Shown one piece after another: positions 1-11,832 of a stretch of 64,000 nt of DNA. The stretch's first letter is position 1. Every line of letters begins with the position of its first letter. Source of the DNA: Lophium mytilinum (lineage: Eukaryota); the NCBI GenBank assembly GCA_010093605.1, contig MU004193.1, positions 1,630,579 to 1,694,578 on the forward strand, in the 5' to 3' direction. The notes under the pieces were generated by a model. It was not told the DNA's origin, did not search any database, and was given only the letters and a program-made list of their open reading frames with translations. A program made the position numbers and the translations under genes.

Positions 1-2545
1 AGATTCTTTCTTCTATTAATTTAATAATAATTTAGTTAGAAGAATTATTAAAGGGCGGCTAATTCTTTTCTATTATAAGTTTATAAAAAGTAGAAGTCTT
101 ATCTTTTAGATTAGTTAATTGCTCTAAGGCTACTAACTCTTCTAGTTTTCTAATAGCTTCTTAGCTAGCTAAGTATAGTTGCGTTTAATATAGCCCTTCT
201 CGCTATAATTATAGTACTTACGCGTATTAGTATTCTATTAAGTATTATCTTTACTATATCTACTATAGCCTTAACCGCGTTTTTAAGATCTAGTAGTATT
301 TCTACCTTTAAAGGCGTTTAGTTTAGCGTTATCTTTAGTATCTAGATATTTATATTTATTAGAATTAATATTAGTTTCTTAAAAGTAATTATTATCTAAT
401 TCTTTATTAGCCCTAGAGATAGCATTAAGGTGGCCTTAATAGTTTCTTATTCTCTTATACTAGAAGATCTAATACTTATTAGTAGTAGCAACCTATACTA
501 TCTATTTATTAAAATTAGAAGGGGCCTATACTTAGGCGTTAATATAAAACTTAAGGCTAGGTTTTAAATCTACGCAGGCATGTTAATATACTTTAAGATT
601 AGATAGAGCTATATTAAGAGGGTATATATAAGTAGCCCTAATAAGCTTATTAAAGAACTAATAAGTACTAGTTATCTATACTATTTTATTAAAGTAGCGT
701 TAGCGTTACTCTAGCGTATCCACGCTCTTATAGCGGCGGCTAAAGGTAGTAAAGAACTAATTTAATATAGTAAACTTAGTATTACCTTAGTAGTGCTATT
801 AAATATCTTAGTTCTATTAAATAGCTATAGTTCTAGCTATATAGCTACTAGCTAGCTAAATCTTTTAAGTTTCTAGTATCTACTAGTAAACCTATTAATA
901 GGTGTCTACTTATATAGTAATAAAGTTATATATTTAAACTATCTAGATAGGGTATATATTATTATTAACTTTATCTAACTATATAGCGGGAGTTCTTATA
1001 AAGACTTTAGATAGCGCTATTAAATAAGGTTTTCTTATAGCTAATATTCTCTTAAAGGCTTATTAGAGCTCTTATATAGTTTATTTTAATAAAGGCTTAT
1101 TATAGTCTAGTATTAGATAATCTAAGAAAGCGTTAAATAATAGACCCCGGGAATTAGTAGTACTTTAAGAAGTAGGCTGCTACTAGAGGTTATCTAATAT
1201 ATTCTTAACGCAGGCATAGTAATTAGAAACTATAGCTTATAGCTATTCTAGTATAGTAGCCTACTACTATTATATAGAAGAAGCTAATATAGAACTAAAA
1301 AGTTCTAGTTTCTAGTAATCTATTATATACTCTATTATAGGGGCTTAAAAGCATTAATAGCTATCTAAAGAAGGTATAAATAATAGCTCTTAATAGGTAA
1401 GCCCTAGATTATAGGCTAGAGTACTACTATAAATAATTAAAGAACCTTAAACTAGTAGCTTAATAGGTTCTAGAGTAGTAGCCTACTTAGCCTATAAGGC
1501 TAATATTAGATTAGATAGATTATAAGATATAGTACTAAACTAAAAGAGCCTTTAGAAGAGTTCTTAAAGGTTAGAAGGTAATCTATTAGAATAATAATAT
1601 CTATTACTAGATATAAAAGAAAGCTAAGGGTTATAAAATATCTAAGAATAAAAAAGAGTAGAAAAGAGTTAATAACTATAATATAATTAAAGTAAAGAGT
1701 AAGAAAAGGGTGCTAAAATAGTAATATTAAGTTTCTTTCTTAAATGCTTTTTAATATCCTATTAAAGAGGGAGGATTCTTAAAAGGACTTCTCTACCTTC
1801 TTCTTATAATTAACTTATAAGGATTTCTAATTACTATATAATTATTAGGCTCTATTAAGCTATAATATTATTCTTCTTACTATTCTACTATTACTCTTAC
1901 TTTAGTAGCTAATAGAACGCGTAGTTAGTTATATAGAAGTATTAAAAGGAATAGAAAAATCCTATAGTAATATTCTAGCTAAGGGCTCTTTAGACCTATA
2001 CTATTTAATTTTTATAAGAATATTTATAATAGGCGGTTATACTATAACACCAGCCTAATACTAATTAGGGGCTATTATTAATAGTTATTATTAATTACTA
2101 ATTAGGTTAATTTATAGAAACTATTAATATAGCTTAGTATTATTATAATAATCTAAAAATTCTACTAATTATAGAAGCTAATATCTTCTATTATTACTAA
2201 GAGTTAATTATAAGAATATAGCCTTAGCTAGCTTTATACTATTAAGTTTAAGAATTTAATAGCCCTCTAAGAAGGCCTTAAAGGTAGCTAGAACTATAAC
2301 TAAGCTACTAGATATAATATTTCTAATTATATAATATAAGAATTTAAAGAATAATAGATATTAATTCTATATAGAAATCTAGCTAGGCTATATATATATT
2401 AAAGAGGCCTATATAGGCCTTAATTATACTAGATCTATATAGAAAAGCGTTTCTATAGTAGATCTATATATTATATATATAATATCTAAATATTAACTAT
2501 ATATTAAGAATTCTATACTATATTACTAATTTCTAGATATTTAAG
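1..2545. mobile_element. AT-rich RIP-degenerated repeat/transposon relic (family not identifiable)
   Basis: Very AT-rich, saturated with TA/TAG/TAA and nearly devoid of CA/TG, while CG dinucleotides survive (cgcg, gcgtt). No ORF of 60 aa or more in any frame. Composition changes abruptly near 2545. This is the classic outcome of repeat-induced point mutation (CpA->TpA). Confidence 0.8.
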
Positions 2546-2904
2546 GACTGTACCCTAGTAAGCTAAGCAACTGCAAACACTAGTTGTGGCGCAGGCCCAG
2601 GATGATATTAAAGCACGTGGTAGAGGAGGCTAAGGGGCGTGCATTCGTCTTCCTTAATTAGGAGAGTTTAGCGTAAATTACAATGTGAAATGATAGGTTT
2701 TAGATATTAACCGTTACCATTCATACCCCTGTAATCCTTCCCAATACTTAGGTTTTCTTGCGTAGTGACTCAAGTGTAGACTTCCTAGGTATTGAAAAGC
2801 CGTTATGTTTCTAGAAGTAGAGATCAAAAGATGAAACGCACCTGGGAAAGAGAGCTAAAGAAGTACGTAAAACGCTGACAGAAAACCATTCTCGTATAAG
2901 GTCA

Positions 2905-3918
2905 TCAAATAGGTAACCCACGCTCTTCCCTTTTCCTTGTTGTAGTCTCCCTCCACAACCGAAATGCAGCAACCCGTTCCTCTCTCGGGAGATGGCCGAA
3001 AGTAGCTCCAGCATCGTAGTCATCCAGTGTCCTCAGCACCGTTCCGATCTCAAAGTGCGCGAAACGCTTCCCATTCACGCTGAACTGAATACTCCCGACC
3101 CTCTCATGGAGAATCGCACCATATTGGGCCGTGTGATAGGTCATGCCAAGAAGTTCTAAGCAGTGACGCATAAGGAACCAAGCGAGCCAGGTGGGCCTCA
3201 AGACTTTTTTTTGCACAGTCTCGTCGTCCTGGAGGCTCGCGGACTGGGCATGATATCGCGTGTACTTCCAATTCTCCGAGGCGGGGGGTGGAGTCTCGCC
3301 AGGGATTTCTTCCTTGTCGTCCTTACCAATGAAATTTAGATCTAGGTTCTTGATAGTAACTTCCCTGTCAAGGGATGAATCGGTATGCGGCACAGGTCCG
3401 CGCCTCAGCACATATTCCAGCAGATAGAAGAATGGCCACACTTGCCAAGGCGGCCCACCATTGCCTAAAGGCCAAGGAATATCGTGGTGTCCAGAGATGC
3501 GGATTGTGGCGTTCACCTGATCGAGCTGACTTGAGAGTGCGGGGACGGATAACCAGGTTGGCCACAGCTTGCTCTCCTCAAGGAAGATGACATCGAGTTC
3601 GTAGGGGGGATGAAACAGAGTGAGGGCCGCAGCTGTCTTGGAAGAGATTTGGCGGTTTACGAGGAGAAGAGAAGCACTGTTCGAGATGTACCCACGCGGT
3701 TCCAAGTACACTGCGAATCGGCCAGGCGCAGAGTTGAATTCGGATGGATCTTCTGGATGCCATCGTGGAGATGGAGTCGGCCGAGGCTCTGCCGTACTAA
3801 CATCTTGCGGAGGTGGTCGGGAATAGGATATGACGAGTTCGAGAATTGTATCACGAATTTCACGGGGAAGAGAGAGGAGAGGAGACGGGGTGTTCGGATC
3901 TAGGCTATTCTGCGCCAT
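2905..3918 (-). CDS. Hypothetical protein with N-terminal F-box-like motif (337 aa, single exon)
   Basis: Uninterrupted ATG-initiated ORF. The N-terminal SPLLSLPREIRDTILELVI resembles the L..LP.EI...I...v F-box-like pattern common in fungal accessory proteins. Confidence 0.75.
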   Translation of the reverse strand: MAQNSLDPNTPSPLLSLPREIRDTILELVISYSRPPPQDVSTAEPRPTPSPRWHPEDPSEFNSAPGRFAVYLEPRGYISNSASLLLVNRQISSKTAAALTLFHPPYELDVIFLEESKLWPTWLSVPALSSQLDQVNATIRISGHHDIPWPLGNGGPPWQVWPFFYLLEYVLRRGPVPHTDSSLDREVTIKNLDLNFIGKDDKEEIPGETPPPASENWKYTRYHAQSASLQDDETVQKKVLRPTWLAWFLMRHCLELLGMTYHTAQYGAILHERVGSIQFSVNGKRFAHFEIGTVLRTLDDYDAGATFGHLPREERVAAFRLWRETTTRKREERGLPI

Positions 3919-6068
3919 ACTTGGAGGTTTGTTGCTTCTTATGAATGACCTATGCTTGAGACGTCTGCGGATACGTGCTAAGATGTGTACTACAAAGCGA
4001 GGACGAATGTTGACCGTTAGGTCGCGGAAGCTGGTGGTGAAGGAAGGGCTGCAGCCTGCGGCGATCGGCTAGATCTCCCCAAGGATGGTCAGGTGACCCT
4101 TTTCCGTATCATTGATGTTGAACGCTCACATTCTGTTCTGCCATGAGAGACAGACTAGTGGGGGTCTGGAAATTTGTTAGGCTCCTTGTGGTTTGCCATA
4201 TTCGTGTAGTGGGAGTAGATCCTAGCCAATCAGCGTACAGCTACAGAAGAAATTGAGTATTTATGAAGAAACACGATCGATTGGCATTAAAAGAAGCAAC
4301 CGATATCAAATAAGAGCCTTGCTTATGTTCCAGGCAGTTATGAAACGTTTTTGGTCTTCCCACGCCAAAGAATGATTCGAATTGATATGATCTTACATGA
4401 ACAACACGTGACCCCGTACTACACCTCATACGAACATCTCTGCATCTCCACATCAAAACAACTCTCCCTAGCCCTCCGACGAAACGAAAGCCTAGAGGCC
4501 CTACACCGCCCCCCAACGATCAACCTAGTCGCATGCGGCTGACTTACTCCCGCGATGCTGCGTAACAAGGCTATCGACCCCTCCCCCCTCCACCACACAA
4601 CGCCTTCTTCCACACACCATACCCACCACTTCCCGAAACCGATTAAGTTCCCCACACGACCACTTTCACTTGATAAATTCCAGCCTCCCATGAGAAAGTT
4701 GCATCAGGCGAAGTCCGATTACAAGGAAACTGGCCCTCACGGAGGCTCAACTGCATATGCGCTCCTGCAAGCCGCGAGCCTCATTTTCAACGTCACTTGT
4801 TCTACACCGACACAATCTGAATCTTAGAAGGGCCTCAGAAGGCTTACGGAGGGATATGATTGCCAGTTTAGGTAAATGGCGATGCTGGTGCCTGGGAGGC
4901 CGCCCATAGATAGCACTGCTCCACTTCCGCACCGCCGTTGCACGGTGACTCGTGAGAGCAATAGACAACGCTGAAAGGGCGATGCAATGCGCCTTGGGTA
5001 TCAATGTTAACCTGGTGTCAAGTTACAGTTGCCAGAGGCCCGACAGTTTTGAAGGAAAGCAGGGTTGGATGAGTTGCCCGAATCCGCTATTGCTGGAGCC
5101 TACGGGCACCCGCATTGCCTGCAAGTCACGTTGGCTGAGCTCGGTGAAGGTCACACACGAGGGAGATTGCCCCTTTCCACTTGGAGCCTGCGCCGGCATT
5201 TCCGGAAGTGCTGGCGTCCACTCGAACGGACGAAGTGACGTCGCACTCTTGCAAATTTGTGCCTGTACATGGGAGTCCGGGGTGAGTATTCCACTCATGA
5301 TGCTCGCCCCTTCTTTGCGCCCTCGTAGTAGCTCCACCCCGGCTTTTGTCTCACAAGGAGGTCAGGCCTATTAAATCCATGCACGGCGCCACAACCGCCG
5401 TTCCATGCCATTGTTTCACGCTTAAATGCGACGGCTGATCTTTACGAGGGCGACCGGACGGGAGGGGCTGTGTTCTGGGCGGAGAGATGACACAGTGAGG
5501 CGAGTGACCACGATGCTTACAGTGTTGAGATGAGGAGTTGACGGGTATTAGGAGGGGGCGAAACATGAAAGAAATGTTGCACTTGAGGAGTCCATAACTA
5601 AGACGAAATTTGCATGGGGTTTTTCGCCTTCAAAAGAAGCCATTGTGTAAATTCCATGATGCGCAATTCAAAGCAATTGTCCAGCCCCGCGGGAGAAGTG
5701 AGTCTTCAGATACAAGCGCGCCACCAGGATGCTTGCTTGCTAGAATGCTAAGAACTCCCCTGAACATGATGGACATATGAATCACCGCTCGATACGATAA
5801 GACATTGAAATGAATAGGAAAACCTAGATAATAAAGTTACCACCGTGGTAGGGTATTCCGAAAGGCCATAGATTATGTAGCAGCCGGTTTACATGCAAAG
5901 AACGAACGAACTTCTACATGATGAAGTAAACCTTCCATATGCGCCCAGAGTGTGAAAGGAAAACAAACGAACGCAAACCTATCGTCCATTAGCTTGCAGA
6001 TGTGCACAGGGAAAGTACACGACATACTGTGAAGTCGCTATAGCCAGGAATGCGCATCCGCTTATCTG

Positions 6069-6663
6069 CTAGCGTTTAACGTACTCAATCACACACTTGT
6101 CGCACTTCGGTATCCCACACATGGGACACCCCGTCGTCACAGGTCCAAGCCCACCATCGCCGCAATGGCAGCAATACCACACCCAGTCCGTGTCACCATC
6201 AGTCGGGTCGCCGGAAGGGATCGAGTCGTTGCCGCGGGTGTATGCAAGGAGATACCCGGTGGAAGACGAATGATGATCGAGAAAATCGAGGTGAACAGCG
6301 CGCATTCCGGTAGCAATAGCGTCAACGATGGGTATGGCAGGCCGCGGGGACGGCATCAGAGGGAAGTTGTGGTCGTGCGAGTCAAAGGCGTTGACTAACA
6401 CTTGCCCGACGCAAGACGGAAGCAGAGGATCGTCCTCAGCATGAACATGTTCCGAGCCATCGGAACTACACACATTGCACTTGGAGATAATTAGCATCCT
6501 TGGAGACATAACTGAACGAAGAATCACATACCCCTTTGTGCTCACAATTGATGCAAACGGGTTGCAACGTGATGCTCTGTGGGCCGTCCCCACACTGGCA
6601 GCAATAGTAGTGCGTCTTCGGACCGCACATGGTCGGGCCCTTAAGCTTCGATAGAACAGCCAT
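6069..6663 (-). CDS. Small Cys-rich putative zinc-binding protein (180 aa, 2 exons) with two CCxCGDG..CxxC..CxxC modules
   Basis: Exons 6663-6532 and 6479-6069 are joined by intron 6531-6480 (GTATGT..GCTAAT..AAG, phase 0). This gives YYCCQCGDGPQSITLQPVCINCEHKG|CNVC at the N-terminus and WYCCHCGDGGLGPVTTGCPMCGIPKCDKC at the C-terminus. Confidence 0.75.
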
Positions 6664-9600
6664 CGAATTGGTCGCGTATCTCGGGGCGGAATGGATTAGA
6701 AGTGCTGATGGATAGAGCGGTTGAGAGGTTGGTCGGGGTGATTATGAGGGCGATTGAAGGGCAGGTGCTCGGGCATCTTATAGCGAAAGATGGGAAGCGC
6801 CTGAGGATCGAAGCAAGCATGGCTGAGCCATAGCTAGAAGGAAAGGGCGATGCCTAGGCGCCTTGGAGGCCGTAGGGCATCTGAGGGACCAAGTAAGCTG
6901 AGACAAGGAGAAACAAGGGCGAAGGGCGACTTGGGCACCATGCACTGCAAGAGCTGTGCAAATCTACTCAACCGGAGTCATCATAAAGGGCAAAAGAAAG
7001 GAGTATCGATGGGATGGGAGCCGGGGACGTGAAGAGAAGGTCAGGGGAACATCAGTGACGGACCGCAAGGCACGACATGATTGGATGACGCAGAACATTC
7101 CGCAGGCCAAGAGGGCGACAGGAGCTATGGTTGACTAGAGTGGAGACGCCGATGCCGAGATTGGAGACTGACAAGAATGCCTCAGCTGACGACGAAGGAA
7201 AGCAGGGGATATTTGAGCGGTGATAGTAAGGCGACGCCGTGAGTCGTGAGAGGTGGCGGAGCGGAGATGCTGGGGAGGAAGTGCAGGACCACGGACGTCC
7301 TGTAGAGACTCGCTGCGAGAAGTAGAGTAGACGAAATGTATTCCAGGTATGGTATCCGGAGGATCGACGCGATCATTACATGGGCGACAACCTGGGCTTT
7401 GGGCCAGTCAGGGCAGCAGTATTAGGAGCCCGCTCCTGAGTGGATAAAAACATCCATCCGAAGGCCCGCCAGTTGGGCGCAAATGACTAAACAGGATCGC
7501 GGTGTGTGTGCCTTCTTGCCTTCATACTAAGGAAACTAGTGAGTATTACAAGGGAAGGGGAATAGCTTACACCAAGACGTCGGTTGAAAGTTTCAATAAG
7601 AGAACGCAAGATAGAAGAGTCCGATCAACAACCTCGAGCTATTTTCCCTGAACACAAGCAACCCCCTGAAAGGTTTATATGGATATAGTGAGGCCCGCGG
7701 GCGTTAGCGAGGTTGAAAAGAGCACTTATGAAGGGTCCAGATGAGCTGACCACACTGAATACGGAGTGAACACAAAATAACAGTATTCATGGATAATGAT
7801 AATATTACTCATAATAATAGGAGGCGACGACCATTCAGAAATAACCTTCAGGTTAGCAAGAAGTTGATTGGCAAGGAGGCTATGCCGGGCGAGAGGCGTG
7901 ACCGTTGAGCAGAGACGCCGAAGTGTGAGGCAGATCGTAGTATGCCGGCTAAGGCAAGGCGGCCGTGGACGTAACTGAGCAGAGCTTGGTTCAGCATCTC
8001 TTCATTGCGCGAGGACGCTGTTTAGCGGCCACGAGACGACTGCACCGCTATGGCTCGGCTGTAGAGTGTCTCGGTATCTGTTGCGGGACTGGCACACTCT
8101 AAAGTCGGCCACTAAACCCCAGCCTTCATGTTGTAACTGTGGGGTGAGAAGCTCGCCCAAGTTCCTCAGTCTTGTTGCCCCGGCCGCGGAGGACATTGCC
8201 GGACGTATTTCAAGTGTGTAGCTTTGCACGGCCTCCTCCTGTGCGCCTGAGTGTATCCGCCTGAATCATGCAAGTCTGGTGGCTTTGCGAAGGGCGAGGC
8301 GGTCGTATGAGGCGGCGATATGAGGCAGTCAGCGAAGAGGCATCGTTGGGCAGACTCGTGAGAGGGCTCCCAGGAAAACGAGGTAGCTGTATGTCCCTAT
8401 TAGCTAGCAGGTGTAGGATCATAGGGAAGGCATGACACTACTCAGCCCCCGCGATGTTCTAAGGTGCGACCATCTGCGCTTCCCCCAGCGCCTGATGTCC
8501 TTAGGACTCCGTCTCGTTGCACCCGGAGTGATGCCGGAGTGCTGCCTGGCTAGATCAAGGCACAAAAAGACAACATGTTGACTAACATTGGGCACGGAGC
8601 AGCCTCGGGGCCGCCTCACATGGAGCTGGTAGAGGGAAAAGTGCGGTGAGAGTCAAAACGGCGACCGGGCGCAGCTCGTCTTTTATACCGAGCACTCAGC
8701 CTCGCCGCAAGCTCTTCTTGAGGCTCAAAACTCTCGCCGGGTGTCTTTTTAGGTACGCCAGCTTCAATAGGTTGTATGGTGTGGCATTCTGTCTCGCACG
8801 CGTGAGGGATGGGGCCAGTGGAGAGGGCCCCCGTTGGAGCAGGCCTGCGCATCTTAAGATAGGGCGGCCGATGAGAGCTATTTTCAACCCTGAAAGTCTA
8901 AGGCTGAGAAGGCGGAGGAGGTTTTTGGGACACTAGACCCGTCGCCTTCTTTGCCGGTGAGCGAAAATGAACATTTTGCGATGCCTGAGGATTGTTCTAA
9001 CTGCAGTTCCGGGCGCATCAAGGCGTAATGGATCATCCGTAAGTACCGGTGAAGAGTTATGCTCAATACAATGCTGGAGAGTGTCCGACTGTGGGTGGGT
9101 TGGGGTTGAGCTGAGGGGATGTTGTTGCTTTCTTTTTCCCCGCTATACTTGTTGCGTCATAGTTCAATCAGTAAGCGCATTAAACGTGCCTTCTGTAATG
9201 GGGCGTATTTAGCTTATTCTGATAGTTAGGTAAAGGATACCAGTGTGAAGTTGTGTTTCAATTGAGTATGAAGAAGATGTGGTGAAGTTGGATTTAAACA
9301 CAGATCAATCGCATCCGTCATAGACATTATAGGCTGAGCATAAATAGAGTGTCCAATGATGGAGACTCACCTTTCCTTGGAAACTTGCAGGCATTCGCTG
9401 TCGGCGCGTAAACAAGCTAAAGGTATGCTTGCTAGGGCATTATTGACCTATGCACAGCTCTTGACCAACGAATGAGTCGTTCTCGAGATCTTGCTCGTTT
9501 TGCACACTACTTGGGTTGGAATGTGTTTGAATCATCGAAAATTAATTAGAGCACCTCAAGCGGCGGTAGAGAGAAGTACCCAGATTCGCGAGACTCTGCT

Positions 9601-10034
9601 ATGTAGATAGATGTACCGCGTGCAGAAAAGGAGAAAGGGGAAAGAAAGAGTCACGTGCTCTGGGTATATCAACCAATAGGACGGCTTAATGTATTTGGCA
9701 ATCCATGAATGCGAAGTCTTACTCTCAGACTTCCTGATTTGAAGTCCACGACGTCTCTAGTCTTATGTGCACTTACCTATCACCGCTCGAGCTCCTCTAA
9801 GCTATGATTGCAATGTACAAAGTGAGGTTATGGTAAGCCTGGTCTCTCTTCGGGCCATCCCTGAGATGATAGTGCCAAGTCCTGCTTATTAGGTAAGCCT
9901 GACTCGACATGATTCACGTCGCGATCATCTGCAGCTATGCCAGCTTCAGCCTGCCTCGTCTGCACCGCATGGCCCCTCGATATATATTAGCAACTCGTTA
10001 GGACCGACGAGTCGTGTGCCCGTCGTCCGCACAC

Positions 10035-11832
10035 ATGCCACGAACACCGGTAGAGAGGGCTGTGTCCCGTTGGACAGCCATCATCATCCCTCTTATCATG
10101 ATCGGCTCTGCAGCTTACGGGACATGGTGTATAGTTGTGAAGGTCGCAGGTCAGTCGCTTGTGTACACTTGACACTTCAGTTGCTGCTAGATTTCCACAA
10201 CAATGCTGACCATTGGCAGTCGAGTACCTGCTTAATCCTCCCAAATCGTACCGCCGTAACTTCCACATACACCCCCGACATGGAGCCGCCATCGCCGTTC
10301 TCGTTTTATACTTTATCTTGCTCTTCTTAATGGCCATCACGTACTTTCGCACCCTCCAGGTGATATGGATGGATCCTGGGTATATTCCTCTCGGAAACGC
10401 GTCGCAGAAGGGAGGTATACCTGGCCCGGAGTTCACAGCAAAGGACGCTTTCGTTTGCGATAGCAATGGGAAGCCTCGATTTTGTGACCACTGCAACAAT
10501 TTTAAACCGGACCGTACACATCACTGCAGTGAAGTCGAGCGCTGCGTGCGCCGTATGGACCATTTCTGTCCTTGGGCTGGAGGCATCATATCGGAGCATA
10601 ATATGAAGTTCTTCTTGCAGTTCCTGTTCTACGGCTTTTTCTACAACCTTTTCTTGATCGTCACAATTGGGGTTCTGATGCAAGAACGAAAACGGAAGGT
10701 GAGTCGCTACTTTTGTTTCTTAGCTTCGTTCATATCATTCGCCATTTTTGGGAGCGGGCCCTTGTTGGATTACAAGTCAGGAAAGCCTACGAAATCATAG
10801 ATCACAATGGCCTATAATCGCTCCCCCAAGCACCTTCACGACGTCTTCACCCAGCGGACGCCACAATTCTGAGCACTCATTTGCCACCGTGGAGGTGCCT
10901 CTATGGGGGGTTTCCAAGATCTAGGCGCCGTGTCAAGTTTCATGTAGCGGAAGCTGAGCTAGCTCTTGGCTTTTTGGCAACGAAGTTGCTCACTACAGTG
11001 ATGACTAGCTTGCAAAGTGGCATTCAAGCAACGGCAATCGTATGCCCATATGTTTGGCCTGGTACTCCAGGTCCTCTAAAGGCTTCCGGGGGCTTGGGAG
11101 GATGGCATTGTGTCATCGTTGCACCGCAGAAGGTCTCCATTCGATTCGTGGTACTCTGACTCGTTTCCCACAAGCAGAGTCTCCCAACGTGTTTTTTCTA
11201 TATTCAGGCGCGATGTCAAAAGTTTTGCAGCGGAATCCGAGCTAACATCTGCCTCATAGATTGGACACTATGAAACTACATGGATCGTCGCCATAGCTCT
11301 TGCTTCCGTCTTTGGCCTCTTCTCCTTCGGGATGAGCATCAGCTCGCTCGTTTCTACCGCGCGAAACCTAACTACCATCGAAAATCTCAACAAAGGCAAT
11401 GCAGTATATAGCCTCGCTGTTTTTACTGGCACAGGGCCCATGCAACAACCCCAAGGAGAGAAAACAGTACTTGCCCGGAACTTCACCATATTACAAACCG
11501 ATACGGGTGACAATCCATGGGACCTCGGTGTAATCCGCAACTTGAAGAGCATTCTGGGCGAAAGCTATCTCGACTGGCTCCTTCCAATCAAATATAGTCC
11601 CTGTACAAAGCACGATCGCGCGGACGGTCACTTTGAATTCGGTCCGGTGTTGCAAAAGGTGAAGCAAAGAGCTGGGCTGAACCCTGACATATCCAGACGA
11701 AGGAGCCATAGACGGCGCTCTAGCCACCGAAGTCACCAATCGCATCGGAGCCATAGAAGTCACAGGAGTCAAACGGATAATCCGAGTAGCGACATCTCTG
11801 ATGAGAGACCACGCGCTCCTGAACCGGAGTGA
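10035..11832 (+). CDS. PFA5: DHHC palmitoyltransferase, PFA5-like (3 exons)
   Basis: Exons 10035-10149 (MPRTPVERAVSRWTAIIIPLIMIG...), 10220-10698 (DPG; CxxC..KPDRTHHCSEVERCVRRMDHFCPW) and 11260-11832 (TM helix, NLTTIE, NPWDLG). Introns 10150-10219 and 10699-11259 are GT..AG. The active-site motif is the DHFC variant. Confidence 0.88.

Noticed and set aside
1..2545. Assignment of the RIP block to LINE, Copia, Gypsy or DNA transposon
   Set aside because: Mental de-RIP translation gave no convincing RT, integrase or transposase motif.
4000..6000. Several overlapping 60-140 aa ORFs on both strands
   Set aside because: No motifs, no convincing splice structure, mostly non-ATG starts; consistent with chance ORFs.
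6700..10000. Short ORFs in the 3.3-kb region between divergent genes
   Set aside because: No recognisable protein or RNA features; treated as intergenic or regulatory DNA.
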